Part shown: one piece after another, positions 32,558 to 41,611 of the stretch
How positions within the stretch are numbered: position 1 is the first letter of the stretch
Layout of the letters: every line of letters starts with the position of its first letter
Origin: Desulfosporosinus sp.
GTDB taxonomy: Bacteria > Bacillota > Desulfitobacteriia > Desulfitobacteriales > Desulfitobacteriaceae
DNA length: 64,000 nt
Assembly (NCBI GenBank): GCA_031292055.1
Contig: JARLHV010000050.1
Location: forward strand, 37,369 to 101,368
Reading direction: 5' to 3'
Made by a program: the position numbers and the translations under genes
The notes under the pieces: model-generated
What the model was told of the DNA's origin: nothing
The model's database searches: none
Seen by the model: the letters and a program-made list of their open reading frames with translations, nothing else

Positions 32558-33301
32558 ATGAAGGTAGCAGAAGTTATGGATTTAACGGCACTAAAGGGGT
32601 TAGATGAGGCTGAGCTTAAGACAGTAGTTCGAAGTTATGAAAGGTTTGAAGACCATCTATTGTCCTATGAAGGAGATAACCAAAAACAAGCATTTGAGTT
32701 ACTCCGTGTGGTGTTAGATGACGAAGAAAAACATGCACTCTTAGAATGTTTGCTTGGTGATAATGGATGGTATTGTTCTAACAATGGACGTCATGCAAAT
32801 ATGCTTAAGGTAATATCCTATGCTTTAGGTCAAACTAGTAATAGATTTTCCTTTAGGAAATATAACCAAGATGCAATTGAAGTGCTACTACGAACCATAC
32901 CTAAGGATGAACAACTCTTGCTTATGAGTTCATATATTAAACAGAAGCTAGTTACTTATTATACCTTGGTCAATAACTCTATTACGGAACTAGAACTGTT
33001 TCGGGGGTTAGACGAATATCCATTTAACGAATACTATAGTTCGTGTAATTTGGAATCATGGTCTTTAAAGTTTAACAAAGCTCGACATTTTGCTTATCCA
33101 GAGGGTGTAGTCATTAGGAAAACCATACCAATAATTGATGTCTTTGTTTATAGAGACAGCATTTTTCAGCCGGAGAATGCATTGAATTTAGATTCATTTG
33201 GTTATATTAGTACTGAAGAGGAATATATTATCGAGAACCAAGGTAGCTTATTGGAGTTAAGAGAGGGCATTACCTTCGTCAAATACCAAGATCATTTTTA
33301 G
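32558..33301 (+). CDS. Putative ADP-ribosyltransferase toxin (R-S-E clade)
   Basis: LFRG (R), ESWS (S-x-S) and TEEEYII (E-x-E) in canonical order; first gene of a TAC-like triad. Confidence 0.65.
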   Translation: MKVAEVMDLTALKGLDEAELKTVVRSYERFEDHLLSYEGDNQKQAFELLRVVLDDEEKHALLECLLGDNGWYCSNNGRHANMLKVISYALGQTSNRFSFRKYNQDAIEVLLRTIPKDEQLLLMSSYIKQKLVTYYTLVNNSITELELFRGLDEYPFNEYYSSCNLESWSLKFNKARHFAYPEGVVIRKTIPIIDVFVYRDSIFQPENALNLDSFGYISTEEEYIIENQGSLLELREGITFVKYQDHF

Positions 33302-33307
33302 AGGGGG

Positions 33308-33694
33308 ATGGATAGAATGACGATTAAATTTTTTGACGAGATACTCAGAGAAACGGAAGAACAGGGCTTTGCTTCACTTCCGCCCAATTGTGTAAGTGGT
33401 GAAGGTTACGAGGAATGGCTAAGAACCGATTCAGGCTTGCAAACAGAACTAAAAGAAGTAAGTTTACACTTGGAAAAAATCAGAAATTTTTTCTCCAAAG
33501 ATATTGAAGAATATAAAATTATAAATAAAATTATAGATGAATATAAAACAATATCGTATCCGTTAACGATTCAAACGAGGACTCTTGAAAAGTTGGAATG
33601 TAATGCCGAATTTTTATCGAACTTGTCTAAAAATGGACAAGCCATTAATAATGTAACATGGAAAGGTAGCTCTGAATATGGCCGAGCAAGTTAA
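33308..33694 (+). CDS. Putative antitoxin with C-terminal chaperone-addiction tail
   Basis: 128 aa, lies between the ART and SecB-like genes and overlaps the latter by 17 bp. Function inferred from position only. Confidence 0.5.
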   Translation: MDRMTIKFFDEILRETEEQGFASLPPNCVSGEGYEEWLRTDSGLQTELKEVSLHLEKIRNFFSKDIEEYKIINKIIDEYKTISYPLTIQTRTLEKLECNAEFLSNLSKNGQAINNVTWKGSSEYGRAS

Positions 33695-34127
33695 CGAAAC
33701 AATTGCACAGATTTCTTTTAAGGGATATAAGGTTCATAGACTTGAATTTAGACTTAATGATAATTTTTATCCTAAGGAAAAGTCTAAGATAGAGCTTGAT
33801 ATGGATTTTGATATCGATATTGGGATTGACAGACAAGAGAATATAGCAGTAATTAGCCTAAGATGCTTAATAAACAAGGAATATGAATCTATGAATCAAC
33901 CGTTGTTCTTAGATATTATTATTCAAAGTTTGTTTTCATTTGAATCGGGATTGCAAGATGAAAATCTGTATAATCTTTTGAACACCAATGCTGTGGCAAT
34001 TGTATTCCCATACTTAAGATCGGTCATTAGTACTGTTACCGTAAATTGTGGTGTGCCTCCAGTTATATTACCAACTTTAAATATAGTAGAGCTTGTGAAA
34101 AGGAAAAATAAGGAGAAAATCTCCTAA
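33678..34127 (+). CDS. SecB-like chaperone
   Basis: 149 aa; NAVAIVFPYLRSVISTVTVNCGVPPVILPTLN matches the SecB C-terminal signature (N-x-x-A-I-x-F-P-Y-x-R...P-P-x-x-L-P-x-x-N). Confidence 0.85.
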   Translation: MAEQVNETIAQISFKGYKVHRLEFRLNDNFYPKEKSKIELDMDFDIDIGIDRQENIAVISLRCLINKEYESMNQPLFLDIIIQSLFSFESGLQDENLYNLLNTNAVAIVFPYLRSVISTVTVNCGVPPVILPTLNIVELVKRKNKEKIS

Positions 34128-34733
34128 TCATCAAAAATTATGGACTTCACGTTTTTCATGCTAGGAAAATGGAGGTCCTTTTTGTTTAGTCCTAGGTTCG
34201 TTAACAATTCTTGCAATAAAAATTTTGCAGAAGTGAATCAAACAAAACAGCTTGGGTTAATGAACAACTGTGTATTCATCCGAGGAGTGTCACTCAAAGG
34301 TTAGTTTAATCGGATAGGGATAAATACTACTAAAAGAGGCACTTGCAACTACATCAAGGAAATGATTAGAAGCCGATCTGGGACGATTACTCTCAGTTAT
34401 TTACTGCTTTCTCACTTTACTATATTAAAGCAAGTTGTCCAGTTTGACGAGGAAACTAACCATAGAAATTAGTCACCACTTGAATGTCACTACTTATGTA
34501 GGTAGCTTGAAAGATCTAAACGAAGACACGCAAAAGTTAGTAGGTAACGTTTATTATGTCTGCAATAGCCCGTTTTTGGCTCTACGTTGGTATCCCGAAA
34601 TAGCTTGTTATACACGGACAAATGTCGTATAATTATTTCAGTAAGAAATGGGTACATGCCGAGGAAGTTGACGAAGCGAAAAATGCGTAGACCGTTGGTA
34701 CAGGCTGGTTTGAGGGCTTTATGACTTAGAAGG

Positions 34734-34783
34734 GGCTTCCCAAGCCGAGGATCGCGAGTTCGAATCTCGTCGTCCGCTCCATA
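34734..34783 (+). repeat. att copy 2 (tRNA-Gly 3' half, 50 bp)
   Basis: GGCTTCCCAAGCCGAGGATCGCGAGTTCGAATCTCGTCGTCCGCTCCATA, identical to 19318-19367. Confidence 0.95.
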
Positions 34784-34922
34784 TGAAATACTAGGCACTG
34801 CAAAGGATTGCGGTGCTTTTTGATTTTCCTGCTGAAGCTTCATAAGTTCTGTTTGACGACAATTTGACGACAACCAGCGTTTAGTCAACAAAAAGAGAAG
34901 CGCTGAGGGCATCCTCAGCGCT

Positions 34923-36140
34923 TTATCTAACTGACTTTAGAATAATATTACCGAGCCGGGCAACTGCTCTTACTTTACCTTCCGGGGTACTATGCCCGTA
35001 AATATCTAATGTAGTACTCATCTTGGCATGGCCTAGAAGTTCGCTGACATTTGTTACGGCTTCACCATCATCCAGGAGAAGGGAAGCTACGGTATGGCGA
35101 AGATCGTGGACTCTAACGTGTTTAAGTCCAGCCTTTTTTATAATAGAGGCGTGTTTGCGGTTCAAATTCCGTGGTTCGATAGGGGTTCCAACTTCGCTGG
35201 TAAACAGCAGCCCACTGTCCTGATATCTTGGTCCAAAGAACATTTTTTCTTGTCGCTGCATAGCTTGAAATCGCTTTATTTCTTTGACTACTTCAGGTAA
35301 TAAAGGGATTATGCGTTTGCTCTTTTTAGTTTTTGGAGTGGAAAAAATGAGTTCGGATTTTTCTTCTCCTTCAAGCTTCTTCCGCTTTAGGGTTTGTATT
35401 ATATCAATTTTCGCTTTAGTGGGGTCAAATTGATCCCTTGGAATTCCCAGCAATTCTCCACGCCTTAGTCCGGTCGTCAGCTCTAACAAAAAGAGGGCAT
35501 ATAATCGATCCTCTCGCAGTGTCTCAAGATAAATTCGGACCTCTTCTTCGGTGAACGTCTCAAACTCTTTATACTGAATACTAGGAAGCTCAACTTCGTC
35601 CGCGGGGTTAAATGATAGCATGCGCAGTTTCAAAGCTTTTCTTAGGCAGCCGTTAATTAATTGGTGCATCATGTGAAGGCGACGGGTTGACAGGCCTCCT
35701 GCCTTGCCATCCATACGCCCGGATTTGGCCTTTAGATTATAGAATTCCTGAATGGTAATACCATGTAAGTCTTGAAGTGTTATTGCCCCAAGAAGGGGCA
35801 AAATATGCTTCGTAGCGAGGCTTACATAATCCGAATTAGTTTCTGGCTTAACATTTGGTTTTATGTAAATCTCAAGCCATTCTCCGAAGGTCAATTTTGA
35901 TGATTCTATATACATTCCCGAACGGAATTGTTGTTTAAACTCCGTTAGCTTAGCCTCAACCTCTTTTTGGCTCTTGCCAAAGAGAGATTTGCGTTTCGGT
36001 TTTCCCTCGCCATTATAGCCTATGATAATCTTCGCTTCCCAGCGACCGTCTGAGCGTTGATATAATGTGCCTTCATTATTAGCCCGTTTTCCAGCCTTCT
36101 TCTTTTTCTTCTTTGCTTTCTCTTCTACCATTCTGCTCAT
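34923..36140 (-). CDS. Phage/ICE-type tyrosine integrase of element 2
   Basis: N-terminal arm-binding region NEGTLYQRSDGRWEA; TTGLRRGELLG, VRVHDLRHTVAS, LGHAKMSTTLDIYGH. Confidence 0.95.
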   Translation of the reverse strand: MSRMVEEKAKKKKKKAGKRANNEGTLYQRSDGRWEAKIIIGYNGEGKPKRKSLFGKSQKEVEAKLTEFKQQFRSGMYIESSKLTFGEWLEIYIKPNVKPETNSDYVSLATKHILPLLGAITLQDLHGITIQEFYNLKAKSGRMDGKAGGLSTRRLHMMHQLINGCLRKALKLRMLSFNPADEVELPSIQYKEFETFTEEEVRIYLETLREDRLYALFLLELTTGLRRGELLGIPRDQFDPTKAKIDIIQTLKRKKLEGEEKSELIFSTPKTKKSKRIIPLLPEVVKEIKRFQAMQRQEKMFFGPRYQDSGLLFTSEVGTPIEPRNLNRKHASIIKKAGLKHVRVHDLRHTVASLLLDDGEAVTNVSELLGHAKMSTTLDIYGHSTPEGKVRAVARLGNIILKSVR

Positions 36141-36332
36141 TTCCCCCTATCCCGTTGCAGGCTGCAGTTTAAACCATCCCAAATTTGACAATCATCCTGA
36201 AGGCAATCCTGGTAAACGTGGATCATCGAGTTACCCTTGCCTGAGAAAGGAGCTAAGAATGGACATTTTCGGATAGGGTGTTTACCTTTGATGCTCAATG
36301 TTTTCATTCCTTTTATTGGGGCTCTGAAAAAG

Positions 36333-36450
36333 CAAAAAACCCCACACTTCTCTCGTAAAAAAGAAATGTGGGGCTCGAAGGCCCTCTAATATTGACGCTC
36401 TGGCTCTCTGACCTTTCGCGAAAGGTACTGGTGCTCTGGCGCTCTCACAT
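36333..36450 (-). ncRNA. Candidate small RNA, copy 1 (~115 nt)
   Basis: TTGCGA-17-TATAAT promoter (36483-36455) overlaps the end of the upstream gene; internal hairpins; CCCCACATTTC/GAAGTGTGGGG + T-tract terminator; homologous to 39001-39120. Confidence 0.65.
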
Positions 36451-36472
36451 ATACATTATATAGAGGTATGGA

Positions 36473-36799
36473 TTAGATCGCAACTTCATTTACTTTTGTT
36501 TTATCAAGATATTCCGCAGTTAATTTTTGAAGTTCAGTTTGTCTATCAAATACGAGTTCCTTTTGACCACCTTTAGTCATATAAACGCTCCGTAGGTGAT
36601 CATCATGATTGAAGTGGTAGTGAAATATTGCTTCATTTCCATCTTCGGTCATACACTGCATTTCTGCTATAAGCCCACTTTCCTCTTTGTAATAAGTGAC
36701 GTATTTATAATTTGGCAACTTGGCGTTTTCTAAAAGGTTATACGGCGTTACTACAGGACGGTACAAAAGTTCGTAAATATTTTTAATATAGTTTTCCAT
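36473..36799 (-). CDS. Hypothetical protein (108 aa), partner of the helicase gene
   Basis: RBS GGGAGG; starts 33 bp after the helicase stop; no recognised domain. Confidence 0.7.
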   Translation of the reverse strand: MENYIKNIYELLYRPVVTPYNLLENAKLPNYKYVTYYKEESGLIAEMQCMTEDGNEAIFHYHFNHDDHLRSVYMTKGGQKELVFDRQTELQKLTAEYLDKTKVNEVAI

Positions 36800-36832
36800 T
36801 ATTAAACCTCCCTTAGGCGTTTTTATTTTAAG

Positions 36833-38637
36833 TTATGGTGTCCCAAGGTAGTCTTCTATAACCTTTTGTGCATATTCCAGAATTTCGGGGAGTTTTTCAT
36901 GTGCCATCTCGTAATCGTCTATACTCCAATTAGGCCTTTTAGCACCGACTTCTGAGTTAAGATAGTTTGCAAAATAGACGGCCAGCATACCACCGTTATC
37001 TTTAACCCTATTTTTTATCCATGAGAATCTCCCTTGAAATAATGGGCAATTTTTTAAGTTGTCACTATGTTGGTTGATAGAAAACCTGCTTATGAGTTCC
37101 GGGACAATAATTTCTTTTATTGTAACATCAATATCCTTTCGCTTACTAGCGAAATATTTGTCTGGCCGTTTGATATCTGAATCTTTATTTTCGGTTAAAT
37201 TAATTACTTTAAGAGCCTCTTCCCTGTTTATGTTGAGTATTTTTTGAATTTCGGCAATTTTCTCCTCGCGAATTTTGTCTTCTTCCTGTTTTCGCTTTAG
37301 AACAGCAGTAGTAAGATAAATATCACCGATTAGTTCTCCGGTCCCTCGCTCACTAGCATAACCAATATCTATGGGGTTTACTTTATCATTGTTCTTTGGA
37401 GAACCAGATAGTTGATCCTCAATTATATCTTGTTCTCTTAAGTGTTTTATTATCTCGCTTTCCTTCATTTCTTCCTTATAAACTTCCCACAAATCGTCAA
37501 GGCCTAGGTGCTTATGTGATACTATTTGACCGATATTATCTTCGGCTCTCAGTGCTAGCTCGTTAGGAATTGATCGCAGGATTCGTCCTATGAATTGAGC
37601 ATAAGGTAGTGGATTTCTAAAAGGTCTAAAATTGCTTGCTCTTTCAGCTCATCCGTGAGATTGCTATGAATAATGGTCGTAGGATATCCCTTGGAAACGT
37701 ACAAGTCCTTTATTTGTTCAGCATGATCAATGCTACAAGCTGTAGCAATAATCTTGTGGGGTACGTTATTGCCTCGCTCGAGCTTTTTCTCTAGTAACTC
37801 AATACTTTTATCAACTACCTTTTCAGAGCACTCTTTAGAATAGGCAACAGAACGGCTTACCCAGTCCTCGTCTTTCAGGTTCATTTTATAAATTTGATCA
37901 ACTGTGTAAGTCTTTGATGGGTCTTTGTCAATCGTGAGATATAGTTCACCGGGGATATAGGTTAGATTTTCGAGGCTTTTAACATATTCATTTGCCATAG
38001 CTTGGCTTAACTTATATATGTAAACCAGATCCCCAGCGATTTCTTTTTTGTCAGTTCGAATAGGGGTTCCAGTGACCTTAACAATTTTTGCACCTGAAAA
38101 GTGTTGGATTGCTTCCACCCATGTTCGGGCAGTTGAATGGTGTGCTTCGTCAATAATTATCATATCAAAAAAGTCAGAAGGGAGAAATTTAAGAGGCGAT
38201 GATCCTAAACGATTTTGTAACTTTTGGACATTCATCACTACAAGATTAGCTGCTTCTAGAACTTCAACCGTTGTCTTATTACTTTCAAATTCTACTAGTG
38301 ACGGTAGTGACTTTGGTCTCTCGAAAACTTTTCTCTTGAGCCAGAAGTTATCTGAGAGTTCGGGGTTTAATGCGTCGATAACGGTATCTTTAATTACAAT
38401 TTGTGGAGCGATGATTAACACTCTGCCTGAACATATGTTGTAAGGTAGTAAGCCCATGAGGCCAGTCTTTCCTACTCCTGTTGGTAAAATTATTATAGCA
38501 TGAGAGGTTTTTTTCTTTACAATGAAATGTTCATAAACGTGAAAATAGCCTTGGATTTGCGGTTCCCTTAAATCGTTATTGCCATATATATACGGTTCCT
38601 CATCCTTAAAGTAACTAGGATTGTAACCAAAACCCAT
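36833..38637 (-). pseudogene. DEAD/DEAH-box (SF2) helicase interrupted by a deletion/frameshift near 37630
   Basis: LPTGVGKT, IIIDEAHHS, VTGTPIR in the 5' ORF; the +1 frame resumes FRPFRNPLPYAQFIGRILR (motif VI) and continues into ORF 36833-37492; the motif V region is missing. Confidence 0.8.
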
Positions 38638-39000
38638 TTATAATTCCTCCGTATCTTAAATGTTTTTTAATATACCTAGCGGCCGTCTCATGAGTCAACA
38701 TAGGGTACTTCCTCAAGGAATTAGCATTAATTAATTGCTTATTCGATCTGCATAAATAATAAATACCATTTAATCCTATCTTTATATATTGTAGCATATT
38801 TATCTAATAATATTTTTTCTCTTTGAGAAAAATGTCTTGAGATCTTGCGGGCATTGCTCATTTTGTAATTTTTCTAATATAACGACTGGTCAGTTATTTT
38901 TTGAAGGCTTCTAAAATTGATGCGAATACCATCTAACATCAATAGATACCGGCCAAGTATTTTGATGCCCAATGTTTTCATCCATATATCAGGGGGCTCT

Positions 39001-39120
39001 AAAAAAACAAAAGCCCCGCATTTCTTTCCAACAAGAAAATGTGGGGCTAGTAGGCCATACAATATTGGTGCACCAGTTCTGATCTTTCTAAAAATGAGCT
39101 AGTGTATTGGTACTTTTTAT
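39001..39120 (-). ncRNA. Candidate small RNA, copy 2 (~115 nt)
   Basis: TATACT -10 (39129-39124) just after the SAS stop; same block order as copy 1; GCCCCACATTT/AAATGCGGGGC + T-tract terminator. Confidence 0.6.
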
Positions 39121-39160
39121 ATGAGTATAAGCTAGAATGTATTAGCGTTAAAGCCATCAC

Positions 39161-40126
39161 CTAAAAAGAGTATCCTAAATCTACAAATAAAGGGTGCAAT
39201 AAAGCGGGGGTGAGTGGCCAGTATTGTTTAACTTGGCTTCTTTTTTTAGCAATAAGATAATATAACACTAAAACAATAGGCTGGCGGTATAATAGGTTCC
39301 GATCATAATTTTTTTTGATCAAGTCGAAAACATATGGATGCTCTCTAAAATACGTGCTAATTTCATGCATTTGGACTGAGACCATGAGTTCTTTATATGC
39401 ATCAAGAATAAAAATGTTTAATCCCTTTTCAAATTCCGGCTCTTTGAAACTCGAATAGATTGTTGTTAATTCAGGAAGAAGTAAATGTTCATTACTATTT
39501 GCTTTTAGCATATCATTTACCTCCTCGAAAATCTTGTCCGTCGTTTCAATTAAGGCCATACTTTGAGCAATCAATCGATGCATTTTAGGTAATGTACGTG
39601 TTTTAGGCTTATAAACCGTATCGTGTGTTAGCTCGCTGTATGCATGCTGAAGCAGGGTTCTTATTTGCACTTCGCAGGGTGTACCAATTGGAATCTCTAT
39701 GTCTTCAAATTTTATCACTTTTCGATTTCTAACGATATAGTGTACAGATTGATAAGTAAATATATTAGGATTATCTAGGCGCTCTTTTTCAAAATCTCGA
39801 TCCTTCGAAGACTCCCATTCCTGTCGTTCTACAATGCATGAGAGTGTCTTTATATCATCAACCAATAGCACGACAAATCTTATACCAACTTTGTCTGTAA
39901 TGTCATCGAAAGGGTTTGAATATTCTTTTCCACAATAGAAAGCCTTCTGAATCAGAGAGTTAAGTTCTTTCACCCGGGATGTAGGTGTTATCCTAAGGAA
40001 AGTGGCGACATCTTCAACATCTTTAGTCAGTTCGGAAATTATTATTTCTTTTATGTATTCGCCCCAAGCAGTATAAATGTGTTTCTTACTATTAAACTTT
40101 TCAGTGAATTCTTGCTCTGTCATCAT
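39161..40126 (-). CDS. Small alarmone synthetase (RelA/SpoT domain protein)
   Basis: SRVKELNSLIQKA, DITDKVGIRFV, YQSVHYIV, CEVQIRTLLQHAYSELTHDTVYK; no hydrolase domain; ATG 4 nt after the upstream stop. Confidence 0.88.
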   Translation of the reverse strand: MMTEQEFTEKFNSKKHIYTAWGEYIKEIIISELTKDVEDVATFLRITPTSRVKELNSLIQKAFYCGKEYSNPFDDITDKVGIRFVVLLVDDIKTLSCIVERQEWESSKDRDFEKERLDNPNIFTYQSVHYIVRNRKVIKFEDIEIPIGTPCEVQIRTLLQHAYSELTHDTVYKPKTRTLPKMHRLIAQSMALIETTDKIFEEVNDMLKANSNEHLLLPELTTIYSSFKEPEFEKGLNIFILDAYKELMVSVQMHEISTYFREHPYVFDLIKKNYDRNLLYRQPIVLVLYYLIAKKRSQVKQYWPLTPALLHPLFVDLGYSF

Positions 40127-40130
40127 CTTA

Positions 40131-41198
40131 TCATTGCCCTTTAATAAAACCTTCAATACGTAGCGTTGTTTTTGAACCCTCATGTCCGATGATTTCGACC
40201 AATTCATCAAAGTTATCGGAGGGAGCACTTAAGCTTACGTTTGAAGAAAATGTAATCTGTCTTTTCTTTAGTTTGTTTTGTATCAGGCTAATATCTTTAG
40301 CTACAGCGTGGCTCGGAAATTCATTGGCCTCCATATAGCTGCAATAATCATCTTTTTGCTCTGGAGTAAGGTATTCATCGCCAAATGCAGAAACGTCCAC
40401 TACGTTACTTTGGGAGACTTTTAGATAAGAATGTAGTGCCGACTGAAGTTCTACTTTTTTCTCATCTTGAACATTTAAGTTATCAATATAATCTTTGGTA
40501 TGAGTATGAAAATCCATTGTCCATCTTTTATCACTTGGGGAAAATTTACATCCAAAAAAAGATTCATAGAAATAGATTGCAGCTCCCGCAGTAGTAGTCA
40601 CATTCATGTTTTGGTCATATATATAGGCTTTAAACTGTTCAGCTGTTCTGGGAGTGTTTGGTTCAGAAGCACCTTCTTTTTCGATAAACATACCAATTTT
40701 GTATAGCTTTTGTTGAGGAGTAAGGCACAAATCTGATAATAATTCTAATAGTAATTGTTCGGAATTTTGTCGCAAACTAAAGCCCTCATGGATCTCAGCT
40801 TTAATAAACCCGATATATCTATCTGAATTTGATCCAACGGTTCCATCGAAAATAACTACTACCCCTCCTGGGATATTCCTTGCGGTCTGGGCCTCAGCAA
40901 GTTTATAAGCTATGTTTTGTGATTTCACGATGAACTCCTCATCATTGGTATCTAACATCTTTGCAGCAACACCAAATGTATCGCCATCTTGTGAATTTAC
41001 AATTTCCATTTCAACACTATGTGAATTATGACCAAGAACATCAATAATCCTATTCTGAAGAATAGTTAAAGCGTTCGCATCTAAGTTGGCCAATGAATTG
41101 TTGTATCTAGGTGTCTGAATTTCCCGAGTTTCAGTTCTCTCGAAAACTTGGTGAACAATAACTCTGTTAATTAATAGATTTGCAAATTGGTTACTCAA
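40131..41198 (-). CDS. Nucleoid-associated protein (NA37/NdpA-like)
   Basis: INRVIVHQV, IAYKLAEAQ...IPGGVVVI, FIKAEIHEGF, KLYKIGMF, YFYESFFGC pattern; TTG start after AAAGGAG. Confidence 0.7.
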   Translation of the reverse strand: MSNQFANLLINRVIVHQVFERTETREIQTPRYNNSLANLDANALTILQNRIIDVLGHNSHSVEMEIVNSQDGDTFGVAAKMLDTNDEEFIVKSQNIAYKLAEAQTARNIPGGVVVIFDGTVGSNSDRYIGFIKAEIHEGFSLRQNSEQLLLELLSDLCLTPQQKLYKIGMFIEKEGASEPNTPRTAEQFKAYIYDQNMNVTTTAGAAIYFYESFFGCKFSPSDKRWTMDFHTHTKDYIDNLNVQDEKKVELQSALHSYLKVSQSNVVDVSAFGDEYLTPEQKDDYCSYMEANEFPSHAVAKDISLIQNKLKKRQITFSSNVSLSAPSDNFDELVEIIGHEGSKTTLRIEGFIKGQ

Positions 41199-41611
41199 AT
41201 TTAATTCTCCTTTCATTATAACAAATGGCCTAAAAGCGAATACCTGTCAAATTAACCAAAGCAATCTATTTCTATACTATCTAGATCGCTATTTAATGGC
41301 AGTGTTTCATAAGAAGTAATTGTGAGCTTACCATCATCACTAGAATTTTTCACTTCTATCTTGAAAATTGCTTCTATCGGTTTTTCGTAGCTATATGTTC
41401 CGATTTCACAATTTGATGTCTATCTATAAAATCCGCTAATTCATAATAAGTATTATTTAGTTTGAACTCCGCATAATTTATACCTCTATCAAAGGACCTA
41501 AATAAACAATTGGTATCTAATATTATATAATTCAATTCATTTTTACTCCTTTACTAACTAACTTCAATAGCGGGACGCACATTAAAGTCTCTTATGTTTC
41601 CTTTCATAACT

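Larger units (their letters stand above)
19318..34783. mobile_element. Integrative element 1 (~15.4 kb) at tRNA-Gly(CCC)
   Basis: Bounded by an identical 50-bp direct repeat of the tRNA 3' half (19318-19367 = 34734-34783); tyrosine integrase lies next to the tRNA. Confidence 0.9.

Noticed and set aside
34734-34783. Additional tRNA-Gly genes at 34734 and 47384
   Set aside because: Only the 3' half (anticodon arm onward) is present; the D arm and 5' acceptor strand are missing, so these are att sites.
34435-34912. ORFs 34435-34632 (+) and 34490-34912 (-)
   Set aside because: They span the att repeat and element ends; GADDEIRTRDPRLGK is only the antisense translation of the tRNA fragment.
36333-36450. 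Twin small RNAs as hammerhead or other self-cleaving ribozymes
   Set aside because: No CUGAUGA...GAAA core and no twister or pistol consensus visible on either strand.
38874-39102. ORFs 38874-39062 (-) and 38917-39102 (+)
   Set aside because: Overlapping, no RBS or motif, and they cross a terminator hairpin; better explained as non-coding RNA.
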